From Synergistales bacterium (GTDB lineage Bacteria; Synergistota; Synergistia; Synergistales; JAFGMB01): 64,000 nucleotides of DNA. Location of the stretch: positions 2,656,001-2,720,000 of the forward strand of contig OY762654.1 in the NCBI GenBank assembly GCA_963666205.1, in the 5' to 3' direction. Under the pieces are notes generated by a model. The model ran no database searches and was not told the DNA's origin. It saw nothing but the letters and a program-made list of their open reading frames with translations. A program made the translations under genes and the position numbers. This document shows, piece by piece, positions 9,164-18,083 of the stretch (within the stretch, counting starts at the first letter, position 1; every line of letters starts with the position of its first letter).

Positions 9164-10450
9164 TTGAAACTTGAACTCCATAAGGTTAAGGTTAGCGGGT
9201 TGGCATGGGGTGACAAGACAGCAGTCAGGGACGGGATCCTTTTTGTCAATAAGGGAGAGCTTGTATCCATGCTTTCTGAAGACGAAAGGCTCGCCAGGGT
9301 TGATGTTGAGTTTGCAATGCCAGGAGAAAGTGTCAGGATACTTCCTGTCAAGGATGTCATTGAGCCCCGTTGCAAGATCGAGGGTAAGGGCGGTATCTTC
9401 CCTGGAATGGTCAGTGATGTCGAAACCGTTGGTGAAGGTAAAACCCTTGTACTTGAGGGCGCAGCAGTTGTAACAACAGGCAAGATAGTACGTTTCCAGG
9501 AAGGAATCATCGACATGTCCGGACCTGGAGCAGATTATTGTCCATATTCACAGACGAACAACGTTGTTCTCCTTCTTGATCCCGTAGTGGATCTAGAAAA
9601 ACATGATCATGAAACTGCATGCAGGCTCGCTGGTTTGAAGACTGCAGCATACCTTGCAGAATCATGTAAAGATGTAGAGGCTGACAGGGTTGAAACCTAT
9701 GAAACCCTTTCTTTCAGGGAATCCATGCATGCATACCCGGATCTTCCGAAAGTCGCCTATCTTTACATGCTTCAGTCTCAGGGGCTTCTTCATGACACAT
9801 GGGTCTATGGTGTTGACGCCAAGAAAAGTCTTCCAACTCTTATCAGTCCTACCGAAGTGATGGACGGTGCCATTGTTTCAGGCAACTGTGTTTCCGCCTG
9901 TGACAAGAACAATACCTATGTCCACCTTAATAATCCGATAATCAAGTCCATGTATGAACATCATGGAAAGGACTTCAATTTTGTAGGCTGTATCATTACC
10001 AATGAAAACGTTACTCTTGCGGACAAGAAGAGGAGTTCTTCGTACTCTATAAAACTGGCCACCATGATAGGTCTTGACGGTCTTCTCATATCCGAAGAGG
10101 GATTCGGGAACCCTGATGCAGACCTCATCATGAACTGCTGGAAAGCCGAAAGAGCCGGTATGAAAACTACACTCCTCACGGATGAATATGCCGGTCAGGA
10201 TGGGGCCAGCCAGTCTCTGGCAGACTCCTGTCCCGAAGGTGACGCATGCGTAACTGCCGGTAATGCTAATGAGGTTATCACTCTTCCGCCTATGGAAAAA
10301 GTACTTGGATATCCCGATGAAGCTAATATCATTGCGGGCGGCTGGGATGGTTCCCTTGCTTCTGATGGCACAATAACAGTTGAACTTCAGGCAATCATTG
10401 GTTCAACGAGCGAACTTGGATTCACCAAACTTGGTGCTTACACAATTTAA
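9164..10450 (+). CDS. grdE: Glycine/sarcosine/betaine reductase component B proprotein GrdE
   Basis: PGESVRILPVKDVIEPR, QEGIIDMSGPGA, processing site SGNCVSAC, EEGFGNPDAD; TTG start. Confidence 0.93.
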   Translation: MKLELHKVKVSGLAWGDKTAVRDGILFVNKGELVSMLSEDERLARVDVEFAMPGESVRILPVKDVIEPRCKIEGKGGIFPGMVSDVETVGEGKTLVLEGAAVVTTGKIVRFQEGIIDMSGPGADYCPYSQTNNVVLLLDPVVDLEKHDHETACRLAGLKTAAYLAESCKDVEADRVETYETLSFRESMHAYPDLPKVAYLYMLQSQGLLHDTWVYGVDAKKSLPTLISPTEVMDGAIVSGNCVSACDKNNTYVHLNNPIIKSMYEHHGKDFNFVGCIITNENVTLADKKRSSSYSIKLATMIGLDGLLISEEGFGNPDADLIMNCWKAERAGMKTTLLTDEYAGQDGASQSLADSCPEGDACVTAGNANEVITLPPMEKVLGYPDEANIIAGGWDGSLASDGTITVELQAIIGSTSELGFTKLGAYTI

Positions 10451-10494
10451 CAGATTTTAATATCTAACCCATTTTAATGAAGGAGGTGCGAAGC

Positions 10495-10971
10495 ATGGGT
10501 AAGTTGGCTGGAAAAAAACTTCTTCTTCTTGGCGAACGTGACGGAGTTCCCGGACCCGCAATGGAAGCAGTTTTTAAGAATAGCGGCGCAGAAGTGATAT
10601 TTTCCGTTACCGAATGCTTTGTCTGAACCGCAGCAGGAGCCATGGATCTGCAGAATCAGCAGAGGATAAAAGACGCTGCTGAAAAGTATAACCCCGAAGA
10701 GCTTGTCGTGATACTGGGATCTTCTGATGCAGAAGGTGCTGAGATCTACGCAGAAACTGTAGCAAACGGGGATCCTACCTTTGCAGGACCATTGGCCGGA
10801 GTCCAGTTGGGACTCTGTGTATATGATATTTTTGAAGAAGAGATAAGGGCAGAAGCGGACCCTGCAGCTTGGGAAGAGCAGATTTCAATGATGGAAATGG
10901 TGCTCGATCCAGAAGCCTTGAGTGCAGCGGTTGCAGCAATGAGGAAAGAGTTTAGCAAGTATTCTCTCTAA
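10495..10971 (+). CDS. grdA: Glycine reductase selenoprotein A (158 aa, Sec at codon 44)
   Basis: ATG 10495 follows AGGAGGTG. Reads [10 protein letters not shown]...TECFV-TGA(10624-10626)-TAAGAMDL and continues in frame into track ORF 10642-10971 ([16 protein letters not shown]). Confidence 0.96.
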
Positions 10972-10995
10972 TCCTTAATGAAAGGAGGGGAAACA

Positions 10996-12303
10996 ATGTC
11001 CTACCGTGTCGTTCATTATATAAATCAGTTCTTTGCAGGGATCGGTGGAGAAGAAAAAGCCGATCATAAACCCGAGATAAGAGAAGGTGTCGTAGGGCCT
11101 GGAATGGCTCTTAATAATGCCCTCGGAGATGAGGCCGAAATCGTTGCAACTGCCATATGCGGTGATACCTATTTTGCAACTGATATGGAAAAAGCTGCAG
11201 CAGAAGTCCTTGAAATGATCAGAAAGTACAATCCGGATGCAGTTATTCTGGGTCCTGCCTTCAATGCTGGAAGGTATGGTTCTGCCTGTGGAGCAATGGG
11301 AGATGTCATAGCTAAAGAACTTGGTATACCCGTCGTTTCCGGTATGTATCCAGAGAATCCCGGGGTTGAGATGTACAGAAAAAGCATGTACATCATAGAA
11401 ACCCCCGATAGTGCCAGGGGAATGGGTAAGGCTGTCCCTGCCATGGCAAAGATGCTCCTCAAACTACTCAGAGGCGAACCAATAGGTCTTCCTTCTGAGG
11501 AAGGTTACATCGAACGTGGTATCCGTATCAACAAGTTTTATGAAAAACTTGCGGCAGAGAGATGTGTTGACATGTTCGTCAGCAAACTCAAGGGTGAGCC
11601 CTTCGTTACAGAATACCCCATGCCGGTTTTTGACAGGGTTGAACCCAACCCCCCTGTAGCAGATATGAAAAATGCCACTATTGCCATTGTAACTTCTGGT
11701 GGTATATGCCCCAAAGGGAATCCCGATCATATCGAGGCATCAAGTGCAAGCAAATATGGTGAATACAGTATTGAAGGTTATGATGACCTCACTTCAGCGG
11801 ATCATTGTACTGCCCATGGTGGCTATGATGCGACATATGCTGATGATGATCCTGACCGTGTTCTTCCAGTTGATGTTATGCGGGAAATGGAGAAGGAAGG
11901 ACTTTTCAAGAAACTCCATAACAAGTTCTATACGACAGTTGGTAATGGAACTGCAGTGGCGAGCGCCAAAAAATTCGGTGCCGCTATTGCTGATAAACTG
12001 AAAGCAGACGGAGTCGATGCGGTAATCCTGACTTCCACCTGAGGAACCTGCACTCGTTGCGGTGCAACGATGGTTAAGGAAATTGAAAGAGCAGGACTCC
12101 CAGTTGTCCATGTATGTACCATAGTTCCTATTTCTCTTACTGTTGGAGCCAATCGGATCGTACCTGCAATAGCCATTCCCCATCCCCTTGGGGATCCGAC
12201 GAAACCATTCGAAGAAGAAAAAGCTATTCGCCGCCATCTTGTAGAGAAGGCTCTTAAAGCTCTTCAGACACCTGTAACTGAACAGACAGTATTTAACGAC
12301 TAA
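10996..12303 (+). CDS. grdB: Glycine reductase component B selenoprotein GrdB (435 aa, Sec at codon 349)
   Basis: HYINQFFAGIGGEEKAD; ILTST-TGA(12040-12042)-GTCTRCGATMVKEIER joins track ORFs 10978-12042 and 12070-12303 in frame. Confidence 0.96.
12045..12075 (+). promoter_or_regulatory. Candidate bacterial SECIS hairpin of grdB
   Basis: TCGTTGC-GGT-GCAACGA 7-bp stem starting 12 nt after the UGA; lower AACC/GGTT pairing. Confidence 0.7.
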
Positions 12304-12314
12304 AAAGTGTTTCT

Positions 12315-12344
12315 GCCCTGGTCCGGTTCTTCCCCGGCCAGGGC
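12315..12344 (+). other. Intercistronic hairpin between grdB and grdC
   Basis: GCCCTGG(T)CCGG...CCGGCCAGGGC with only a short U-tract. Confidence 0.6.
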
Positions 12345-12380
12345 TTAATTTATAGCTGTTTCGAGGAGGTAATTTGAAGT

Positions 12381-13910
12381 ATGTCCAGTGTCGGAATCAA
12401 GGGTTACTCATATTGTTTGAATCACACACCAGAGCTTGGTCTTCATTACGGGAATACCCCTTATGTTGAGAGAATGACCAAGGGAGAGACGGAGTTCCTG
12501 TCTGAGCTTCCCAAGCATCTGCAGGCCTACGGGGAAGCAGTAAGCTATGCCCCAAACCAGGCATATATCGGCGGCATAACTCTGGACGAATATGAAGCTC
12601 AGCCCCAGCCATGGTATGAAAATCGTATGGCCGATGCCATGCGTTATGGAAAATACGGTGAGATCATGCCCGAGGATGAATTCCTTGGACTAATTGATAT
12701 ATGCGATGTGTTCGACCTCATATGGCTTGAGAAGGGGTTTGCTTCCCTGGTCAGGGAAAAACTGGTTCAGGATCCTGTCATAAGCGAAACTATCCTTGCA
12801 AGGCTTGAAAGTGGTCATGATAAAGAAGAAATAGACAGTGAGATAAAAAATCATAAGGCTTTGCCTCTTTATATTGAAGGCAAGGTTGTAGGCTGTGTTC
12901 GTAGTGGACATGAAGTCGATGAGTGTCTCTTCCCATATGTCCTGCTTGAAAACATCGCGTCTAAAGCGGGAGGAGTTCTTTCTGTACTTCATCTTCTGAA
13001 GAATAGCGCTATTTCGCCTGAGGAGATCGATTTCGTTATCGAATGTTCCGAGGAAGGCGCTGGAGACATGAATCAGAGGGCTGGTGGTAATTTTGCCAAG
13101 GCTATAGCTGAAATAGCCGGATGTGTAAATGCCAGCGGATGCGATGTGAGAGGTTTTTGTGCGGGTCCTGTAAATGCCATGATAGCGGCAGCCTCCCAGG
13201 TTGCATCAGGTGCCAGGAAGAACTGTATCGTCGTTGCGGGGGGTGCTATCCCCAAGCTTTACATGAACGGTCGCGACCACGTGAAAAAGGGATTACCAGC
13301 CCTTGAGGATTGTCTGGGAAACTTTGCTATCCTGCTTGTCCCCGATAATGGAGAAGACCCTGTCATGCGACTGGATGCACTGGGCAAGCACTCTGTTGGA
13401 GCAGGGGCTTCACCCCAGGCTGTTACTTCTGCCCTTATCTGGGAACCCCTGCAGAAACTCGGACTTTCCTTTCAGGATGTTGATAAATATGCTGCAGAAC
13501 TTCACACTCCAGAGATAACACTTCCTGCCGGTGCCGGAGATGTCCCCCTTGCCAATGCCAAAATGACAGCTGCTCTTGCTGTAATGAAGAAACAGCTCGA
13601 GAAAAAGGATATGATGGCTTTTGTAAAGGAAAAGGGTCTTATCGGTTTTGCCCACACCCAGGGACATATTCCTTCCGGTGTTCCCTTTGTGGGGCATGCC
13701 TGTGATGCAATTCGAGACGGGAAAATGAACAGGGTAATGATCATAGGTAAAGGAAGCCTTTTCCTGGCAAGATTGACAAATCTTTCAGATGGAGCCTCAT
13801 TCTTCATTGAAAAAAGCACTGGGAGTGGAGCAGTGGGAGCAATAAGCAAGGATGAGATAAAGAATATGATCCTTGAGGTCCTTTCTGAAATCAGCGAGTC
13901 TTTAAAGTGA
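12381..13910 (+). CDS. grdC: Glycine reductase component C subunit beta
   Basis: ECSEEGAGDMNQRAGGNFAKAIAE, RGFCAGP, TQGHIPSGVP, GKGSLFLARLTN. Confidence 0.94.
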   Translation: MSSVGIKGYSYCLNHTPELGLHYGNTPYVERMTKGETEFLSELPKHLQAYGEAVSYAPNQAYIGGITLDEYEAQPQPWYENRMADAMRYGKYGEIMPEDEFLGLIDICDVFDLIWLEKGFASLVREKLVQDPVISETILARLESGHDKEEIDSEIKNHKALPLYIEGKVVGCVRSGHEVDECLFPYVLLENIASKAGGVLSVLHLLKNSAISPEEIDFVIECSEEGAGDMNQRAGGNFAKAIAEIAGCVNASGCDVRGFCAGPVNAMIAAASQVASGARKNCIVVAGGAIPKLYMNGRDHVKKGLPALEDCLGNFAILLVPDNGEDPVMRLDALGKHSVGAGASPQAVTSALIWEPLQKLGLSFQDVDKYAAELHTPEITLPAGAGDVPLANAKMTAALAVMKKQLEKKDMMAFVKEKGLIGFAHTQGHIPSGVPFVGHACDAIRDGKMNRVMIIGKGSLFLARLTNLSDGASFFIEKSTGSGAVGAISKDEIKNMILEVLSEISESLK

Positions 13911-13928
13911 TCTGGCGGGGTGGTATTT

Positions 13929-15080
13929 ATGTCCGATATCCGTAAGTTGGTCGGTGAAGCTCTTGCCGATATTATAGAATCAGCAAAAACTGGCGGTCCC
14001 AAGGTTAGAGTGGGACTTATGGCTGGCGGAAGTGAACTTGGTGATGAAGAACTGGCGAGGGGAGGCAGACTCGCCCAGCAGCAATATTCCCATATCAGGG
14101 TTGTGATGATAGGTCCCAAGATAGAAGGTTATGAAGATCTTGAATGGATCGAAACATCTGATTGTGATGCTGATATTGCTTCAGCGATGGACCAGGCCCT
14201 TAATGAAGGTGTGATAATGGGTGCTGTTGCCCTTCACTACCCATTTCCCATGGGGGTAACTACAATAGGCCGGGTGCTGACTCCTGCAAAGGGGCAGGAT
14301 ATGATAATAGCCTCATCTACGGGAACTTCAGCGATATTGCGAACAGAGGCCATGTTGCGCAACGCTATTTATGGAATAGCCGTTGCCAGGTCCATAGGGA
14401 AAAAGGATCCAACCGTGGGTATTCTGAACGTGGAAGGTGCCCATCCTGTCTACAGGGCCCTTGGACAGCTTAAGGAAAATGGTTATGATATCAAATTCGG
14501 GCAGAGCATACGTAAAGACGGAGGGGCCGTTTTGAGAGGAAATGACCTTCTTTCAGGAGCCGTTGATATATGTGTCAACGATACACTCACCGGCAATGTG
14601 CTGATGAAGCTTTTCTCATCCTTCAATACTGGAGGATCCTTTGAGGCCCTTGGTTGGGGATACGGTCCTTCTGTTGGGGAAGGATGGCCCCACGTTATAT
14701 CTATCATATCGAGGGCATCTGGTGCTCCTGTTATTGCAAATGCCATTTCTTTCAATGCTTCCGCTGTAGCAGGTAATTTACCTGGAGTTATTGCGGACGA
14801 AATCCGCAAAGCAAAAGAAGCGGGACTGGATGATCTCATATCCTCCCTTCAGCCAAAGCCAGTGGAATGTCGGGAAGAGATAATGGCTCCTCCCAAGGAA
14901 CCTACTGATGAAGAAATCCATGGTATAGATGTGCTGGATGTGGAAGATGCTGTAAGGGAACTCTGGAAGGACGGGATCTATGCAGAATCAGCCATGGGTT
15001 GCACCGGACCTGTAGTAAAACTTCCATCCAGACACATGGAAAAGGGAGTCCAGATCCTTAAGGAGAGTAACTATATATAG
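13929..15080 (+). CDS. grdD: Glycine reductase component C subunit alpha
   Basis: PlsX-like fold; HYPFPMGVTTIGRV, RGNDLL, GYGP, catalytic SAMGCTGP. Confidence 0.94.
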   Translation: MSDIRKLVGEALADIIESAKTGGPKVRVGLMAGGSELGDEELARGGRLAQQQYSHIRVVMIGPKIEGYEDLEWIETSDCDADIASAMDQALNEGVIMGAVALHYPFPMGVTTIGRVLTPAKGQDMIIASSTGTSAILRTEAMLRNAIYGIAVARSIGKKDPTVGILNVEGAHPVYRALGQLKENGYDIKFGQSIRKDGGAVLRGNDLLSGAVDICVNDTLTGNVLMKLFSSFNTGGSFEALGWGYGPSVGEGWPHVISIISRASGAPVIANAISFNASAVAGNLPGVIADEIRKAKEAGLDDLISSLQPKPVECREEIMAPPKEPTDEEIHGIDVLDVEDAVRELWKDGIYAESAMGCTGPVVKLPSRHMEKGVQILKESNYI

Positions 15081-15089
15081 ATTATGATA

Positions 15090-15135
15090 GTAGCAAGGGG
15101 CAGGCTCTTACCTTCGATCTCCTGCCCCTTGCTAC
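15090..15135 (+). terminator. Hairpin ending the grd operon
   Basis: 15-bp inverted repeat GTAGCAAGGGGCAGG/CCTGCCCCTTGCTAC; no clear U-tract. Confidence 0.6.
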
Positions 15136-15367
15136 CATGGTAAAAGGTCCATAATTCCATGATATAATGTTCTCGGTTGATTTCTTTTTCACAATTAATA
15201 CGTGTTTGAATCAACCAGGGAGGTGGGGGAAAAGAGTAATAGTAGGGATTTTACGGATCAGGGATTTAATGGAGCTTGACGTTCGTGCGAATTGAGTTTT
15301 TTTTCCAGAAGCGTAAGGGATCCGAGGGGGATCCGGTTTTCTGGACTCAAAAGGGGGAATCGCAGTA

Positions 15368-16744
15368 ATGGAAGCTGTAATGAGAATCAATGGAATAGTT
15401 AATGGTATCGTATGGGGTCCCTGGATGTTGACCCTTCTTGTGGGAACGGGAGTTTATCTTACTATTATCCTTGGTTTCCCACAGATTCGTTATTTTGGTT
15501 TTATGTTCAAAACAGTTTTCCGCAAGAAAAAGAAAGTAGAAGGAGAGGAAGGCAGTATATCTTCCTTCGCAGCACTTTCAACGGCTCTTGCTTCTACTAT
15601 AGGAACGGGCAACATCGCCGGTGTTGCTACAGCCCTTCACCTTGGAGGTCCAGGTGCTCTTTTCTGGATGCTCATTTCAGCAGTTTTCGGTATGACCACC
15701 AAATTTGCAGAAGTCACTCTGGCAGTCCACTTCCGCGACAAGGATGACCTTGGTAATATCCGCGGCGGTACCATGTACATGCTCGAAAAGGGAACTGGCC
15801 AGAAATGGCTTGCATGGCTCTTTGCCTTTTTCACTACCTTTGCCGCCTTTGGCATAGGTAATGCTATCCAGGCCAACTCAACTGCCGAGGGACTTAACCT
15901 CGGTTTCGGTATTCCTCACGTTGCTACCGGTATTGTGATGGCAATCCTTACAGCGTTGGTAATTTACGGAGGATTGAAGAGGATTTCTGAAGTTACAACC
16001 TATCTTGTGCCCGTAATGGCTGTTTTTTATATCATTGGTGCCGTCATTACAGTGGGACTCCATTCAAACCTTATAATTCCTTCCCTTGCAAGGGCAGTCA
16101 AATATGCTATCAGTGACCCCATGGCTATGCCGGGTGCATTGGCGGGATGGAGCATCAAGCTGGCTCTGACAAAGGGCATAGCGAGAGGGGTATTCTCAAA
16201 CGAAGCAGGCCTGGGTTCTGCTCCTCTTGTCCATGCTACTGCTGAAGTCGACCATCCTGTACGTCAGGGTGTCTATGGTCTCTTTGAAGTCTTTGCAGAT
16301 ACCATTGTTATCTGTACCCTTACCGCCCTCGCAATACTTACTACCGGGGTTCTTACCAACAATCCAGACCTTACAGGTGCTCAGCTTACTCTCTCTGCGT
16401 TCCAGATCGTCCTCGGCAATACCGGGGTAATGATCCTCTCTGTAGGTCTTTCCATGTTCGCATTCTCAACAGTCTTGGGTTGGTACTGGTATGGAGAAAC
16501 AGGAGCTGTCTATATCTTCGGTACAAAGGTTATTCCTGTTTACAAGATCCTCTGGGTTATCGTTATCGTAATCGGTGCCTGGGGAGGAGGCGGAGCTTTC
16601 CTTTCCAACATCTGGAATATGTCCGATACCATGAACGGTCTAATGGCGGCACCTAACCTTATTGCTCTGTTATGGCTGTCAGGTAAACTCCGTGAACTGG
16701 TTAAGGATTTTGATGCAAAACGTAAATCAGGAGAACTTGAATAA
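15368..16744 (+). CDS. Alanine/glycine:cation symporter (AGCS family)
   Basis: TIGTGNIAGVATAL..GGPGALFWM, RGVFSNEAGLGSAP, EVFADTIVICT, NGLMAAPNLIAL. Confidence 0.95.
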   Translation: MEAVMRINGIVNGIVWGPWMLTLLVGTGVYLTIILGFPQIRYFGFMFKTVFRKKKKVEGEEGSISSFAALSTALASTIGTGNIAGVATALHLGGPGALFWMLISAVFGMTTKFAEVTLAVHFRDKDDLGNIRGGTMYMLEKGTGQKWLAWLFAFFTTFAAFGIGNAIQANSTAEGLNLGFGIPHVATGIVMAILTALVIYGGLKRISEVTTYLVPVMAVFYIIGAVITVGLHSNLIIPSLARAVKYAISDPMAMPGALAGWSIKLALTKGIARGVFSNEAGLGSAPLVHATAEVDHPVRQGVYGLFEVFADTIVICTLTALAILTTGVLTNNPDLTGAQLTLSAFQIVLGNTGVMILSVGLSMFAFSTVLGWYWYGETGAVYIFGTKVIPVYKILWVIVIVIGAWGGGGAFLSNIWNMSDTMNGLMAAPNLIALLWLSGKLRELVKDFDAKRKSGELE

Positions 16745-16854
16745 GAACGATCTTCCCGGTCCCTGAAAAATAGATCCTGAAATTTCTTTTTTCGGCTATC
16801 CCCACAGGGCGGAGGATGTTACCTCCGCCCTTCCTTATGAAAGGGTGATATATT

Positions 16855-17973
16855 TTGACGTATCGCTTAACAAGAATGGAAGTTAACCTTGGCAATATAA
16901 GACATAATTTCAGGGCTATACAGAAACATGTAGGAAGTGGTCCTCAAATAATGGCAGTTCTTAAGGCCGATGCCTATGGCCATGGAGTTATTCCTGTTTC
17001 CAGGGCACTCCTTGAAGAGGGATGTCAGAGATTTGCTGTTGCCACACCGGACGAAGCTCTTGAACTCAGAGAAGCGGGGATTAATGAACCCCTTCTGGTC
17101 CTCGGCCCATCTCCCTGTAGTGTTGCCAGGGAATATGTAAAACTGAATATTAGTGCTGCCTTCACAGACCTTGATTTTGCAAGAGCCATGAGTGCAGCTG
17201 CATTGCAGGAAGGCAAACCGGCCCTTCTGCATATGAAGATAGATACTGGAATGGGACGTATCGGATTCTTGCCCGAAGAAGTCCCGAATGTTATGAACGA
17301 AATCTCATCCATTCCTGGTATTGAACTTGAAGGCCTGTTTACACACTTTGCAACTGCTGATGAAGTCAGACTTGATTATACTGAAACCCAATTCAGGAAA
17401 TACACACAAGTTCTAAACCTTCTGGAGGATAAGGGTTTTAAGGTTCCCCTACGCCATGTCTGTAATAGTGCCGGTACCCTCAACTCGCCCGAAAAATATC
17501 TGGATGCAGTAAGACCAGGGGTCATCCTGTATGGAATGTGGCCCTCTGCAGAATGTATAAGACCCATTGAGCTCAAACCCACCTTTGAGGTGAAAACTGC
17601 AGTCTCTCTGGTCAGGGATCTGCCCTCAAGGAGTGGAATAGGTTATGGGCTTAAATACATGACAAGGGGAAACGAAAAGACTGCAGTTCTCCCCTTAGGC
17701 TATGCAGACGGTTTCTCACGTGCTCTCTCAATGAAAGTGGATGTACTTATCCACGGCAGACGTGTTCCCATATGTGGAAATATCTGTATGGACCAGACCA
17801 TGGTCAATATTACTTCCATACCAGATGTAAAGGTGGGGGATGAAGTTGTGATCGTAGGGCGCCAGGGAGATGAATTGATAACTCCTGAAGAAATAGCATC
17901 TGCCAGGAATACGATAAACTATGAAGTACCTATAATGTTTCTTAAACGAGTTCCAAGGGTCTACATCGATTGA
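16855..17973 (+). CDS. alr: Alanine racemase
   Basis: PLP lysine motif AVLKADAYGHG, KIDTGMGRIG, VRPG, GYADG, ICMDQ, TINYE. Confidence 0.96.
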   Translation: MTYRLTRMEVNLGNIRHNFRAIQKHVGSGPQIMAVLKADAYGHGVIPVSRALLEEGCQRFAVATPDEALELREAGINEPLLVLGPSPCSVAREYVKLNISAAFTDLDFARAMSAAALQEGKPALLHMKIDTGMGRIGFLPEEVPNVMNEISSIPGIELEGLFTHFATADEVRLDYTETQFRKYTQVLNLLEDKGFKVPLRHVCNSAGTLNSPEKYLDAVRPGVILYGMWPSAECIRPIELKPTFEVKTAVSLVRDLPSRSGIGYGLKYMTRGNEKTAVLPLGYADGFSRALSMKVDVLIHGRRVPICGNICMDQTMVNITSIPDVKVGDEVVIVGRQGDELITPEEIASARNTINYEVPIMFLKRVPRVYID

Positions 17974-17989
17974 TTCATTTCAGATTATC

Positions 17990-18017
17990 AGGCGGTCCCC
18001 AACAGGGACCGCCTTTT
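17990..18017 (+). terminator. Intrinsic terminator after alr
   Basis: AGGCGGTCCC/GGGACCGCCT followed by TTT. Confidence 0.8.
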
Positions 18018-18083
18018 CATTATGTAATTCTCAGCAGGAATCGTTATATAATATACGTTCAGTAGAGAAAGGAGGAACAGAAT

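Noticed and set aside
10624-12042. grdA and grdB as nonsense pseudogenes
   Set aside because: Both TGAs sit exactly at the known Sec positions with intact downstream frames.
15177-15194. Possible Rex operator TTGATTTCTTTTTCACAA (and a TTCACAT half-site near 8076)
   Set aside because: Only the right half matches TTGTGAA-N4-TTCACAA; too weak in AT-rich DNA.
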